From the NCBI RefSeq assembly GCF_058153355.1, contig NZ_CM177019.1: a stretch of 64,000 nt of DNA; one strand, 5' to 3'. Below, in pieces: positions 36,810-46,378 of the stretch. The notes under the pieces are model-generated. The model had not been told where the DNA came from. It did no database searches and was given only the letters and a program-made list of their open reading frames with translations. Every line of letters starts with the position of its first letter. Within the stretch, counting starts at the first letter, position 1. The position numbers and the translations under genes are program-made.

Positions 36810-37295
36810 TTATTGGGGCCGATTTAGATCTATATGAGTCGTCTGAGCAGCCGGTATACGGGCTGAGCCATTGACTAAATTGGTATAATTTTTAAAATTG
36901 CCATATATTAGTTGTACATTATCTTGCGTTCGAGTTTCAATGATCAAGCTATCACAAATCATGATCATTCTGTAAACCCCCTCTTTTATAAAACTATGTG
37001 CGTCAATATTCTTGGTTTGTGGAGTGAAGTTCCCATTATTATCTGACTTTTGACAAGGAGCATAGTGTTCCATTGTTATAATAGCATCACCTGGTAATCC
37101 AAATATATCTTCAAAATTTGTCTGATCTGCTGGTGTCCATGCTTCCAGATTTTTCGCTCTGATATTCAATACTCGCTTTGTTTCTTTCAAAGCAGGGGTT
37201 ATCATGTTGTAAAATTGATCAGTAACCTTTGCTTCTTTTTTACACACATTGCCTTTTTGAGTTACTCCTTGTGAACTTCCTTTGTTATTATTCAT
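36810..37295 (-). CDS. Truncated paralogue of the HEXXH protein (lacks HEXXH region)
   Basis: ORF 36810..37310; N-terminal ~110 aa align with 39064..39855 (QFYNMI/HFKIMI; IFGxxG; GVxRLMII/GVYRMIMI) but the ORF ends before any HEXXH motif. Confidence 0.45.
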   Translation of the reverse strand: MNNNKGSSQGVTQKGNVCKKEAKVTDQFYNMITPALKETKRVLNIRAKNLEAWTPADQTNFEDIFGLPGDAIITMEHYAPCQKSDNNGNFTPQTKNIDAHSFIKEGVYRMIMICDSLIIETRTQDNVQLIYGNFKNYTNLVNGSARIPAAQTTHIDLNRPQ

Positions 37296-37700
37296 AAACA
37301 CCGCCCTCAATCATATCTATACTTTGATGCAATAGCCTGACTTTTATCGTCTGCTCACTGTCAGTGATAAATATTTCCGTATACCCATCCTTATCCGTTT
37401 CCCCTCGCGCTTGTGTGCCGTCCTCAAAAAAGGCAATGTAGCGTGTTTCTGAATACGGTATCCCGTCATCGTCTGTAAAATGAAACTGGAGGGTGTATTT
37501 CTCAGGTTCATCCTTATCTTCATTGTCGTTCCCAGAATCATTTCCATCGCCACCACCGACCCCGCCATTGCCTTGCCCGCCCTCTGCACCACCATCTTTA
37601 TCACTACCTTCATCCGTCAGTGCCTCCAGCACGCCCGGTTGCAGTGTCGGTACCGGAGTCCCCGGACTACCCCCACCATTCAGATTTATCTTCGGCCCCC
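37288..37700 (-). pseudogene. VgrG C-terminal fragment (last ~135 codons only)
   Basis: ORF 37288..37632 encodes DEPEKYTLQFHFTDDDGIPYSETRYIAFFEDGTQ, near-identical to the C-terminus of the intact vgrG; nucleotide similarity extends to ~37700, where it abuts the H-repeat remnant. Confidence 0.6.
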
Positions 37701-37709
37701 AGGGAAAGA

Positions 37710-38063
37710 TTACGAAAGCCCGCTCCCCGCAAGGACTGACGCCAGATACTTTCTGTCCATGGCTGCTTTTCGCATCTTACGTCTTAACCCTGCCTTGAAT
37801 ACCTTATCATTCGTCAAAATATTAATAGCGATGTGCCGTATCCCTGAAAATAATTCTGCTGCATTTCCTCTTCTTATTTTGCAGTCGTCTTCATTCATTA
37901 CCACGTCCAGACGCCAGTGCAGCTTATTCTCCACGTGCCCGTGGTTTCGGATTGCTGTGGCGAACTTCTCTGCGGTTAAATCAGCAGAACTGATATAATA
38001 TCTGACCGTCATTTCTGGCTCTTTCTTTTGTTCTGCTATTATGGACCGAAAGGAGACTGCCAC
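37710..38063 (-). mobile_element. ISAs1-family (H-repeat) transposase, C-terminal fragment
   Basis: 117-aa ORF ending …[23 protein letters not shown]…, resembling ISAs1/H-repeat transposase C-termini; no N-terminal part present. Confidence 0.55.
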
Positions 38064-38218
38064 GCATAATTTCTTCAGCCCTTTCCATTCAAACGTGAAA
38101 TCAATAAGTTCATCAGGGACATCGCAAACAATATGAAGACGGATTTCTTCTCTGCCGTGACTAAAATGCGAATTATTTAGTACAAAAAAAGCGGCGCACC
38201 TTGTTCTTTCCCAGATTC

Positions 38219-39040
38219 CTAATATGGCAACTTTAAGTTATCGCCGTCTATACTTATAGAAATTTCATCAGGGGTGACGTAAATAGAATTTTTTTCATCC
38301 TCAATTGCCCATAACTGATTAATAAAAAAGTGTTTTTTTTCATCTAATAACAAATTATCACATGTAGTAAAATTATTAATATCAAAAAGATCATCAGCAC
38401 AATTAATTTTTAAATTTAAAAAATAAAGAAAAATATTATTGATTGATTTGAGTGTAAACCACTTGTCATTAACAAATTTATAGCCAGATGATTTTATAAA
38501 ATAATAATTATCTCCTGGTATAAAGGCATACATATCATTTAAGGTTATACTCAACAAAAAACTACGACCTGGTTTAATAGTATTCCACCGTTCAGGATTC
38601 GTATTAATTTCAAAAGGACATGAACCACCTAAGTAGTCCAACGTGATATTCCCAGAGTTGATTCTGAATGGTTTTTTGCATATTGCATCATATTCATCTC
38701 CTTTTCCATCTTTTACTTTCATAGGTAGATAATATTTAGAAAAAAAATACGTGGTAGAGCTTTTGTTAGTAAAGGTTATGTTAGCAAAAATCCTGTTATT
38801 TTTTTTACTCATAGCTAATTGAGCATTGACATCCGCTATATAATTTATATGATTACATTTTTTCTTACACTCATCATAATTTTCGATAGGATAAATTAAT
38901 GGCCTTCCTTTGATATCTCTCTCAAGCCCAAACCCGTATTTTTTTATTAAAACCATTTCATCTGCAGTCGATTGAAAGGAATAGAAAAATATAATATTTA
39001 CTATTGTCATTATTATGATTTTTTTTATAGCTTGCAGCAT
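38219..39040 (-). CDS. Signal-peptide protein (candidate periplasmic immunity protein 1)
   Basis: 273-aa ORF with N-terminal signal-like segment ([16 protein letters not shown]); immediately downstream of the HEXXH protein; paralogous to 35583..36554. Confidence 0.5.
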   Translation of the reverse strand: MLQAIKKIIIMTIVNIIFFYSFQSTADEMVLIKKYGFGLERDIKGRPLIYPIENYDECKKKCNHINYIADVNAQLAMSKKNNRIFANITFTNKSSTTYFFSKYYLPMKVKDGKGDEYDAICKKPFRINSGNITLDYLGGSCPFEINTNPERWNTIKPGRSFLLSITLNDMYAFIPGDNYYFIKSSGYKFVNDKWFTLKSINNIFLYFLNLKINCADDLFDINNFTTCDNLLLDEKKHFFINQLWAIEDEKNSIYVTPDEISISIDGDNLKLPY

Positions 39041-39063
39041 TAATATATTTCTCGACTTATTAG

Positions 39064-39855
39064 TTAATGGAGAAGTGCTTTTTCTAATTCCGCTATTTTT
39101 TTCTTAACTAAATTGCTTAATATTTCATCATTAATCGAGTCTATCTCACTTTCAATTAATCTTATTTCAAAATATCTTTCTATGTTATATGCATTCTCAA
39201 ATATTTGATCTTTTTGTTTAGAGATCAGTTTAGTTGCAATACGGATATGTTCGTCATATGAAACTTCATCCTCTTTGCACGTTGAATATTTATCAGTAGT
39301 TGTATAATCCTGTGACCACATACCACCTTTTTTATTATCCCTATAATACCACTGAATATGAGACATTTCATGACATAAAGTAGCAACATGAGAATCCTTT
39401 CCCGTTACTGGATTTTTTTTGCCATCTCTATACTCAAATTTTGCGCCTATGTTAATTATATAGGGCATATCCTTACTTGGGCTGACGAATGCTGCAAATT
39501 CATTACAACCTGTATAATTTATAAAACTGCTCATTGTTAAATCATTAGCTATAATCATTAATCTTCTCACACCATCCATCATAAGAAATCTAGCATTCAT
39601 GCGCCTGCCTGTATTATGTCCATATTTTCTTATATTAACTTCCTTATTTCCTTTAACACCAAAGATCTTACTGAAATCATATTCCTCCTGTGCTCCCCAT
39701 CTCAAAAGATCATCTGCTCTTTTTATCAAAACCAACTTTTGTGCCTTACGAGCCTTATCAATCATTATTTTAAAATGATCAGTTATTTTTTGCTCTTTCA
39801 CACATTCTTCTGGCTCTGGCTTTGGTTGTCCAGAAGTTTGATTATTATCGTCCAT
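39064..39855 (-). CDS. HEXXH zinc-metallopeptidase-like protein (candidate VgrG-associated effector)
   Basis: ORF 39064..39891; contains CHEMSHIQWY (HEXXH); probable ATG at 39855 (MDDNNQ…) overlaps the vgrG stop by ~11 nt; AT-rich relative to vgrG. Confidence 0.55.
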   Translation of the reverse strand: MDDNNQTSGQPKPEPEECVKEQKITDHFKIMIDKARKAQKLVLIKRADDLLRWGAQEEYDFSKIFGVKGNKEVNIRKYGHNTGRRMNARFLMMDGVRRLMIIANDLTMSSFINYTGCNEFAAFVSPSKDMPYIINIGAKFEYRDGKKNPVTGKDSHVATLCHEMSHIQWYYRDNKKGGMWSQDYTTTDKYSTCKEDEVSYDEHIRIATKLISKQKDQIFENAYNIERYFEIRLIESEIDSINDEILSNLVKKKIAELEKALLH

Positions 39856-42250
39856 AGTGTCCTTCCATTGAGAGAAAATCATCATTCGCAAATAGCAACT
39901 TCACTTTAATTTCATGTTTGCTAGATACAAAAAAACGCTCTGTATACCCCTCTTCATCCGTTTCTCCGCGGGTCTGCGTGCCATCCTCAAAGAAGGCAAT
40001 GTAGCGGGTTTCTGAATACGGTATCCCGTCATCGTCTGTAAAATGGAACTGGAGAGTATATTTTTCAGGTTCATCCTCATCGTCACCTCGATCATCACCA
40101 CCACTTCCGGTCACGCAGTTCCCTCCAGAGTTTTCATTTTCTTCTCCGGAATCACTGCCATCACCACTCTTCTCATCCCCCAGTGTCTTCAGCACCGCCG
40201 GTTGCAGCGCCGGCACCGGCGCTCCCGGACTACCGCCGCTATTGAGATTGATTTTCGGCCCGACGATGTCCACGCCCCCTGAATGGATGACCACAAACGA
40301 GCCCCCCACCTTCAGGCTTATCCGGCTGCTGCTCTCCAGCACGATATCCCCGTCCACCTTTATCCCCAGCGCGCCACTCACCTTCTCCGCCAGGTCGCCC
40401 TTCACCTCCAGACTGTGCTTCCCCTCCACCAGACTGATATGGTTCCCCGTCGTCTTATGCTCCTGCTTCCCTTCCACCGTCACTTTACGGTCGTTTCTGA
40501 CATACAGGCCGTCATCGTGACTCACGCTCACCGTCCGGTCATTCGTCACCTTCAGCGTCTGGTCATTACGTACCGTTATGCGCCGGTCGTTCGCCACCGT
40601 GATACTCTGGTCGTGACCCCCTTCTTTTCTGGTGCCGACCTCAACCGTCTGCCCCTTCACCACCCTTATCTTCTGGTCGTTACCGATGGTCTCCGTATGG
40701 TCATGCTTCACGTCCGTCGTCCGGTCGTTAAGCACCTCCGTGTCCATGTTCTTCTGCGCGTGGATATACACCTGCTCACTGTCCGTCGCATCCTCGAAAC
40801 GCAGTTCATTAAAGCCGCTTCCTTTATAGGTCTTCGAGCGGATGGTCATCTGCGTCCGCGTGCCCGGTAAATCCCCCGGTGAACGGTTATCTTCATGGTA
40901 GGTCCGCCCCGTCACAATGGGCTGGTCCGGGTCGCCGTTCAGAAAGTCCACTATCACTTCCTGACCCACACGCGGTATCGCCAGATTGCCGAACCCCGGT
41001 CCCGCCCATGCCTGCGACACCCGTATCCAGCACGAACTCTCCTCCGTCATCCCGTGATAACGGTCCCAGTGAAACTTCACCCGTACCCGGCCATGCTCGT
41101 CGCAGAATATCTCCTCACCCTTCGGCCCGGTCACGATGGCACTCTGCGGGCCGTCCACCTTCGGCTTCGGCAGCGGCGCGTGACGCCACGTCCTGTCTGC
41201 CGGTATCACCTCAAACTGATTGCTCAGTGTCGTCCCTTCACCGTGACTCCCGTGCAGCGCCTGCGGCTGTTCTCCCCGCAGTGTGCTTCCCACAACCTGC
41301 CATTCCCGGTTCAGCGTCTCTGAGGGATGGCCCGTCAGCCGGAACCGCGTTCCCGGCCACAGCCGCGCCGTGTTACACACCCCGCTCGCCGTCTCCGCCC
41401 CGTTCCGCCACCCTTCCGTCTGGTAACGCGCAAAATCCTGGCCATGCTGCTCATCCTTGAAACGCCCCGGATAATCAAATATCTCGTACTGCGTTCCCTG
41501 CCCGTTCAGGCTCTCCCCGTCATGGCTGTAGTACCCCGGCCACCCCGGCGTTTTGAACGTATAATCCTGCGTCTCCACCGACGCCACGCTTATCTGCGCA
41601 CGGTAACGAAACTCACTGATGTACTCCGTCGTTCCCCCGGTCGTGGTATTCGGGTTAAACGCCAGCGCCCCCATTCCCGTCAGCCCCGCCACGTCATCAC
41701 ACACCGCCAGCTTCTGCTCCGGCCCTTCCTGACCGCAGCGCTCATAAAAGAAGATACCTTCCTCCGCCCACAGCCGGGTCAGGAATGCCAGGTCGCTCTC
41801 CCCGTACTGCACGCAGAACTCCCGCGCCGGGTGCGCCTCATAGAACAGCGGCATCCACGCCGTCACCCCGTTCTCTCTCAGAAGCTGTGCTGATATCGTC
41901 TGAATGTCCTGCTGCTGGAAGATACGGAAGTTCTGCCGTAACCCTGCCCGCCACAGCGGCGGGCTGATGCTCAGGGAATAACGCATCTGCCAGTCGTTGT
42001 TCTCACCGAGCTGCACCTCCGTCACGATACCGCTGACGTAACGCTGCGGGATATCACCCTGCCAGACCGTCAGCACCGCGCTCTTCTCCAGAAAATCCTC
42101 CGCCGTCAGGTCGGGCAGCCCGCTGGCGATATCCACATCCAGGATGAACGGCGTGCAGTGGTGCTGGTACAGACGGAAGCTCACCACCGCCGTCGCCATC
42201 TCCACGATACCGGCCACCGACAGCGTGAAACGTAATCCTTCTGCTGCCAT
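39845..42250 (-). CDS. vgrG: Type VI secretion spike protein VgrG with C-terminal extension
   Basis: ORF 39845..42283; N-terminus MAAEGLRFTLSVAG…AVVSF, gp5 OB-fold motif GPQSAIVTGPKGEEIFCDEHGRVRVKFHWDR, beta-helix repeats, then Gly/Asp/Glu-rich linker and ~80-aa terminal domain; no YD repeats. Confidence 0.85.
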   Translation of the reverse strand: MAAEGLRFTLSVAGIVEMATAVVSFRLYQHHCTPFILDVDIASGLPDLTAEDFLEKSAVLTVWQGDIPQRYVSGIVTEVQLGENNDWQMRYSLSISPPLWRAGLRQNFRIFQQQDIQTISAQLLRENGVTAWMPLFYEAHPAREFCVQYGESDLAFLTRLWAEEGIFFYERCGQEGPEQKLAVCDDVAGLTGMGALAFNPNTTTGGTTEYISEFRYRAQISVASVETQDYTFKTPGWPGYYSHDGESLNGQGTQYEIFDYPGRFKDEQHGQDFARYQTEGWRNGAETASGVCNTARLWPGTRFRLTGHPSETLNREWQVVGSTLRGEQPQALHGSHGEGTTLSNQFEVIPADRTWRHAPLPKPKVDGPQSAIVTGPKGEEIFCDEHGRVRVKFHWDRYHGMTEESSCWIRVSQAWAGPGFGNLAIPRVGQEVIVDFLNGDPDQPIVTGRTYHEDNRSPGDLPGTRTQMTIRSKTYKGSGFNELRFEDATDSEQVYIHAQKNMDTEVLNDRTTDVKHDHTETIGNDQKIRVVKGQTVEVGTRKEGGHDQSITVANDRRITVRNDQTLKVTNDRTVSVSHDDGLYVRNDRKVTVEGKQEHKTTGNHISLVEGKHSLEVKGDLAEKVSGALGIKVDGDIVLESSSRISLKVGGSFVVIHSGGVDIVGPKINLNSGGSPGAPVPALQPAVLKTLGDEKSGDGSDSGEENENSGGNCVTGSGGDDRGDDEDEPEKYTLQFHFTDDDGIPYSETRYIAFFEDGTQTRGETDEEGYTERFFVSSKHEIKVKLLFANDDFLSMEGHYGR

Positions 42251-42539
42251 ATAAACCCCATAGCTACCGCACTCATAGTGCAAACCATACGGGCTTATAA
42301 GAAAGGCTTAAGTGAGATATCTGCCAGATAGCAACTATTAGGAAAATATTTATATACATTTCATGAATACATTCATTAATACCGAGATGTTTTTGTCTAT
42401 ATAAACAGAGCAAGCTAACGTCCTCACTCCATGAAAGAAACTACGTAGGGGCCTTTCGGTCCATAACAACTTTTTCCCTGTTATATCCTGACGTTCTGGT
42501 CTACTGGTGTAGTCATGCATATTGCAACGTTCTACCCAT

Positions 42540-42675
42540 GGAAAGATAAATAAAGCCAGCTCTCCGCAAGGACTGAAGCGAGGTGCTTTCTGTCCATAGC
42601 TGCTTTTCGCAACTTACTCCTTAAGCCAACACTGAATTCCTTATGATTTGTCACAGTATGAACTTTTAATTTCAT
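42540..42675 (-). mobile_element. H-repeat (ISAs1-family) 3' remnant upstream of vgrG
   Basis: Nucleotide block matching 37704..37800; encodes …[31 protein letters not shown], homologous to the last ~40 residues of the 37710..38063 fragment. Confidence 0.5.
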
Positions 42676-42756
42676 ACATTGCTCTTTAGTCAATGGAAGA
42701 AAAATAAGCACCCTCTACCAAACGACACAAATAACCTGCAAATGGGAAATGACTTA

Positions 42757-43065
42757 TTACTTAGAAATTTGCAGAGATATAAACCACGAGATATATCCAC
42801 CTTTTGAGTTAACAGTTACAGACGTTATAACATTATCTTTTATCCAGATATCAACAAAAAAGTCCTTACCACAATAAAGACATTCACAATATCCTTCAGA
42901 GATAAAGTTGTCCTTAAGTTTATTTCTGGTTATATTAATAAGTTTATCGCCAGGATTGTAATGTACTAAATTTCCAGATGGCACAAACATCTCAATTTCA
43001 CACTGTCCTGACGTTCCACATCGAGGGCAAACGCACCATGCTTTCAATAAATCATAATTCGACAT
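42757..43065 (-). CDS. Hypothetical small protein with two CxxC pairs
   Basis: 102-aa ORF with CPRCG…CLYCG; AT-rich. Confidence 0.3.
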   Translation of the reverse strand: MSNYDLLKAWCVCPRCGTSGQCEIEMFVPSGNLVHYNPGDKLINITRNKLKDNFISEGYCECLYCGKDFFVDIWIKDNVITSVTVNSKGGYISWFISLQISK

Positions 43066-43115
43066 TATATTACCTTAATTTATTTCACATCAGCATCCCC
43101 CCTTGCAAACCACAA

Positions 43116-43472
43116 CTAAACTATTCCCATAAAATACAACGAGATAATTTTACTGTTAAACGTACATTCACAAAACTCAGGGGAAGAAAAATGACCATCA
43201 GTCAAAAATAAAGATAGTTTGCTTAGTGCGTAATCAATTGAATCAAGCGACAAGTATAATTTTATTACTAGTGAGTCCTGTATCAGGACATCATCTTCAT
43301 TGGGGGATTGTAAAAGTAATAAATTTTTATACGCTACAGGTGATCTGTTTTCCAGTCTAATAGGTTTGCTTGCTTCCGTCTCCAATAAACTATAAAGAGC
43401 ACAAACCATCTCATGAGCATCATCTTTATCAAAATATAAATGAAAACCGCCCAGAGATTTGTTAGCAATCAT
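43116..43472 (-). CDS. Hypothetical protein
   Basis: 118-aa ORF in AT-rich island; no recognisable motif. Confidence 0.3.
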   Translation of the reverse strand: MIANKSLGGFHLYFDKDDAHEMVCALYSLLETEASKPIRLENRSPVAYKNLLLLQSPNEDDVLIQDSLVIKLYLSLDSIDYALSKLSLFLTDGHFSSPEFCECTFNSKIISLYFMGIV

Positions 43473-43568
43473 AATACGTTTCTAAAGTTGATTTAAAATT
43501 TTGCATTTCATGCCCATCAAAAAATAAATATTTTTTAACTACAAAGCAAACCTCACAGCGCATAGCGG

Positions 43569-43784
43569 TTAATATTCTACCTTAACGACTTTCATTCCTC
43601 TTTCAATCATACCATTAATTAATTGATAATACTCTTTATCCCCTATATCTACTATTAGAACATGGCCCGTAAGTTCATTGATGAATAAATACTCAGGTTC
43701 CTCATCTGTACCAGCATTTGAAATAACCCAACCAGGATCAGTACCGTCTATAAAAAACTCCCACTCTTTAAAATTAACACTCAT
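43569..43784 (-). CDS. Hypothetical small acidic protein
   Basis: 71-aa ORF in AT-rich island; no recognisable motif. Confidence 0.3.
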   Translation of the reverse strand: MSVNFKEWEFFIDGTDPGWVISNAGTDEEPEYLFINELTGHVLIVDIGDKEYYQLINGMIERGMKVVKVEY

Positions 43785-43939
43785 TTAATCCTCCTTTTTA
43801 TACTCGCAAGAAAAGGAGAGTATCGTTTCTAACTCCGAAATAAAAGTATGATAAAAGACAGGACCTGACCTCATTTAATGTTATTTATCAATTCTTGATA
43901 GTTTTTGCAGATGCAGCGTAAACGCCTTATCTGGCCTAC

Positions 43940-46331
43940 ACAATCTTGCAAAATCAATATATTGCACGATCTGTCGGGTAGCAGCGATTCATTACTGTCT
44001 CGCCGCCCCCTAAGAACGGTACGTGCGAGTTTCCCCGCATACCGCTCAAGCCTTTATAAGCCTCCACCTTGTGGGAGACCAGCGTCATTACTATGTAGTT
44101 GTCGATGGCAGTTGGGATGGAGTAGGACTAAATTGCTCACATCATCGCTACCGCCAAGAGATTTCTTGAGCAAATGATGAACATTCCATCCTGTATCGCG
44201 ATTAATCGGTTGCTCACATAAAGGGCAGCGCGATCCTTGCCTTTTCCATATAGCGAGAATCCTTTTCTGCCCCTGTTGGGATTTCTTCCATGAGTAGTCC
44301 AGCCTTCTTTCGAAGTATGTTTCCCACTCGGGATCATATGGATTTGCCGTTCCCTTTATTTTTATATAGCGATTAATATGGATGTCGCTGGCCCGGGACA
44401 GAACATATTTCCTACCCTCCGGATCGACTCCATAAAATCGACCATGACACATTTTTATTGTCGTGTGGTACTTTCGGAAGATCCATCTCCGGCCTTTGCC
44501 GGGATGTCTCCTTCTGCACCACTGCCAGATTTTGCGCCAGATTTGGTTGTCGACATAGTTAAATGTCTCTGCCGATGCTACATGTTGGTGATAGTTTGCC
44601 CACCCGGTGATGATTGGATTAAGCAGATTTATTAGCACCCATGCAGGAACCGTTCGGTTACCTTCAATAGTCTCTCTGATCTTGCTAAGAAATTGTTTAA
44701 CGTTTTTCTTGGCTGGTCTGATTATGAGTTTTCTACCGAAGCGTCGGACGTGCTGCCCAAGGAAATCAAATCCGTCAGTAATGTGAGTGATGACCGTTTT
44801 CTCTTCGGATAACGTCAGCCCTCTTTCTGCAAGAAATGATTTCACCAACGGAAGAACATTCTCCTCCAGAAGTTCTTTCGACTTTCCGGAAATGATGAAA
44901 TCATCAGCATACCGGACGAAGTGAACCTGATGTTTCCTGAATGTTTTTGAGCGTTTCGGACCAAAGCGATTTTGCAGCAGTCTTTCCAGTCCATCCAGGG
45001 CCATGTTTGCCAGAACTGGAGATATGATTCCTCCCTGGGGTGTACCCGAGAGAGTTTTGCTGAATATGCTTTTTTCGATGATCCCGGCTTTCAACCAATT
45101 ACGGAGTATTTGCTTGTCCATAGGAATATTTTCAAGCAGCCACTCGTGGCTAATGTGTTCAAAGCATCCTTTAATATCGCCTTCCAGAACCCATTTCGAG
45201 GCGTTCCGGGAACTATACATATTACATACCTGTTGAATGGCGTCAGCCGTACATCGCGCTGGTCTGAAACCATAACTGTTGTGATCTGCATTAGTTTCCG
45301 ATACAGGCTCCAATCCCAGCAGATGCAGGGCCTGCATTGCCCTGTCAAGCATGACGGGGATTCCTAATGGTCTTTTCTTGCCATTAGATTTGGGTATAAA
45401 AACTCTTTTTAGCGGTAGGGGCTTGTACCCTTTTCGCCTGAGTTTGAATATCGCTTCCCATTTTGATTCTGGAGTACTCCAGATTTGACCATCAACTCCG
45501 GGGGTTTTACGCCCGCTATTTTCCGTAACTCGTTTCACCGCCAGTGCTCTGGCGCTGAATGAGCGAACCAGCAATCGTTGCAATCTACCGACTGTACGCC
45601 ATTGCTGGTTACATGCCGCCTTTGCGATTCTTGTCTGTATGGTTTTAACGTGTTGATGGCATTTCTTCCAGTTAATGGAATGCCAACCTTTTCCGTTGAT
45701 GACCGCAGTTACATTGTTAGATGTAATTTTCATACATGTCATCCAAAGAAACCTTCGCAGATGTTTCGCAATTAAAGACCAGATGGAAGTCAGCACGGTT
45801 TCCCGTTAAGGCAAATATTGAACCTCTATCCGCACGATTACAGTCCGGCTTTCGCTTTTTCCATCCTCCTTTACCCGCATTCTCATCAGTTTGCCTTACG
45901 GTGCCCCTGCCACTAGGGCGAGAATTCGGGCTTACCAAGTTCCGACCAACATACAAAGAACGGGTTAGGTTCTGTCTATCCGCCGGGGGAGTTATTGTCC
46001 ATGTATTCCCACTACGAACAGGAATAGCCTTACCCCTTACCTTTTGGTGCAAGCCTATCAGCATCTTTGGCTCGTTCTCTGTTACGACGTTTAACGACAG
46101 TTCACTATGTTAACCATACCGCCCAGCCTAGCGCTCTCGCCGCATGATGCTTGTAGCGATCAGGTTTTCTCACGATTAACTGAAGCAATATTTGCTAAGC
46201 TACATTGTCCCAAGGGCTTCAGACAGAGCCGTTACCAGCTTTGCCTGCCTCAGTAGGCTACAACTAATGGAATAGTTGGTTTTATATAAATAATTTATCA
46301 AAACAATATGTTGGACGACTTCTTGTCGCAC
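43940..46331 (-). mobile_element. Group II intron (about 2.4 kb; 3' boundary approximate)
   Basis: Minus strand begins GTGCGAC at 46331; ~535 nt precede the ORF (room for domains I-III); RT/maturase/HNH ORF in domain IV; domain V-like agcggtatgcggggaaactcgcacgtaccgttct at ~44012-44047; short hairpin after it (candidate domain VI). Confidence 0.8.
44054..45796 (-). CDS. Group II intron-encoded reverse transcriptase/maturase with HNH endonuclease
   Basis: 580-aa ORF: RT palm motif FVRYADDF, maturase-like region, C-terminal HNH (CPLCEQ…NVHHL…HPNCH). Confidence 0.85.
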   Translation of the reverse strand: MLTSIWSLIAKHLRRFLWMTCMKITSNNVTAVINGKGWHSINWKKCHQHVKTIQTRIAKAACNQQWRTVGRLQRLLVRSFSARALAVKRVTENSGRKTPGVDGQIWSTPESKWEAIFKLRRKGYKPLPLKRVFIPKSNGKKRPLGIPVMLDRAMQALHLLGLEPVSETNADHNSYGFRPARCTADAIQQVCNMYSSRNASKWVLEGDIKGCFEHISHEWLLENIPMDKQILRNWLKAGIIEKSIFSKTLSGTPQGGIISPVLANMALDGLERLLQNRFGPKRSKTFRKHQVHFVRYADDFIISGKSKELLEENVLPLVKSFLAERGLTLSEEKTVITHITDGFDFLGQHVRRFGRKLIIRPAKKNVKQFLSKIRETIEGNRTVPAWVLINLLNPIITGWANYHQHVASAETFNYVDNQIWRKIWQWCRRRHPGKGRRWIFRKYHTTIKMCHGRFYGVDPEGRKYVLSRASDIHINRYIKIKGTANPYDPEWETYFERRLDYSWKKSQQGQKRILAIWKRQGSRCPLCEQPINRDTGWNVHHLLKKSLGGSDDVSNLVLLHPNCHRQLHSNDAGLPQGGGL

Positions 46332-46378
46332 TCGTAGACCAGATAAGCGTAGCGCATCAGGCAATCTAACGCCTGTCA

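Noticed and set aside
40283-41893. Several 140-195-aa plus-strand ORFs inside vgrG
   Set aside because: Antisense frames of a GC-rich gene with Pro/Arg-rich low-complexity translations; vgrG on the minus strand explains the region.
39845-42283. Possibility that the 812-aa ORF is an Rhs core, as at this locus in K-12
   Set aside because: No YD repeats; instead it has the gp27/gp5 VgrG hallmarks including the OB-fold motif and beta-helix repeats.
45717-46113. 115-aa and 125-aa ORFs upstream of the intron RT gene
   Set aside because: They fall in the intron 5' region expected to be ribozyme domains I-III; treated as RNA, not protein-coding.
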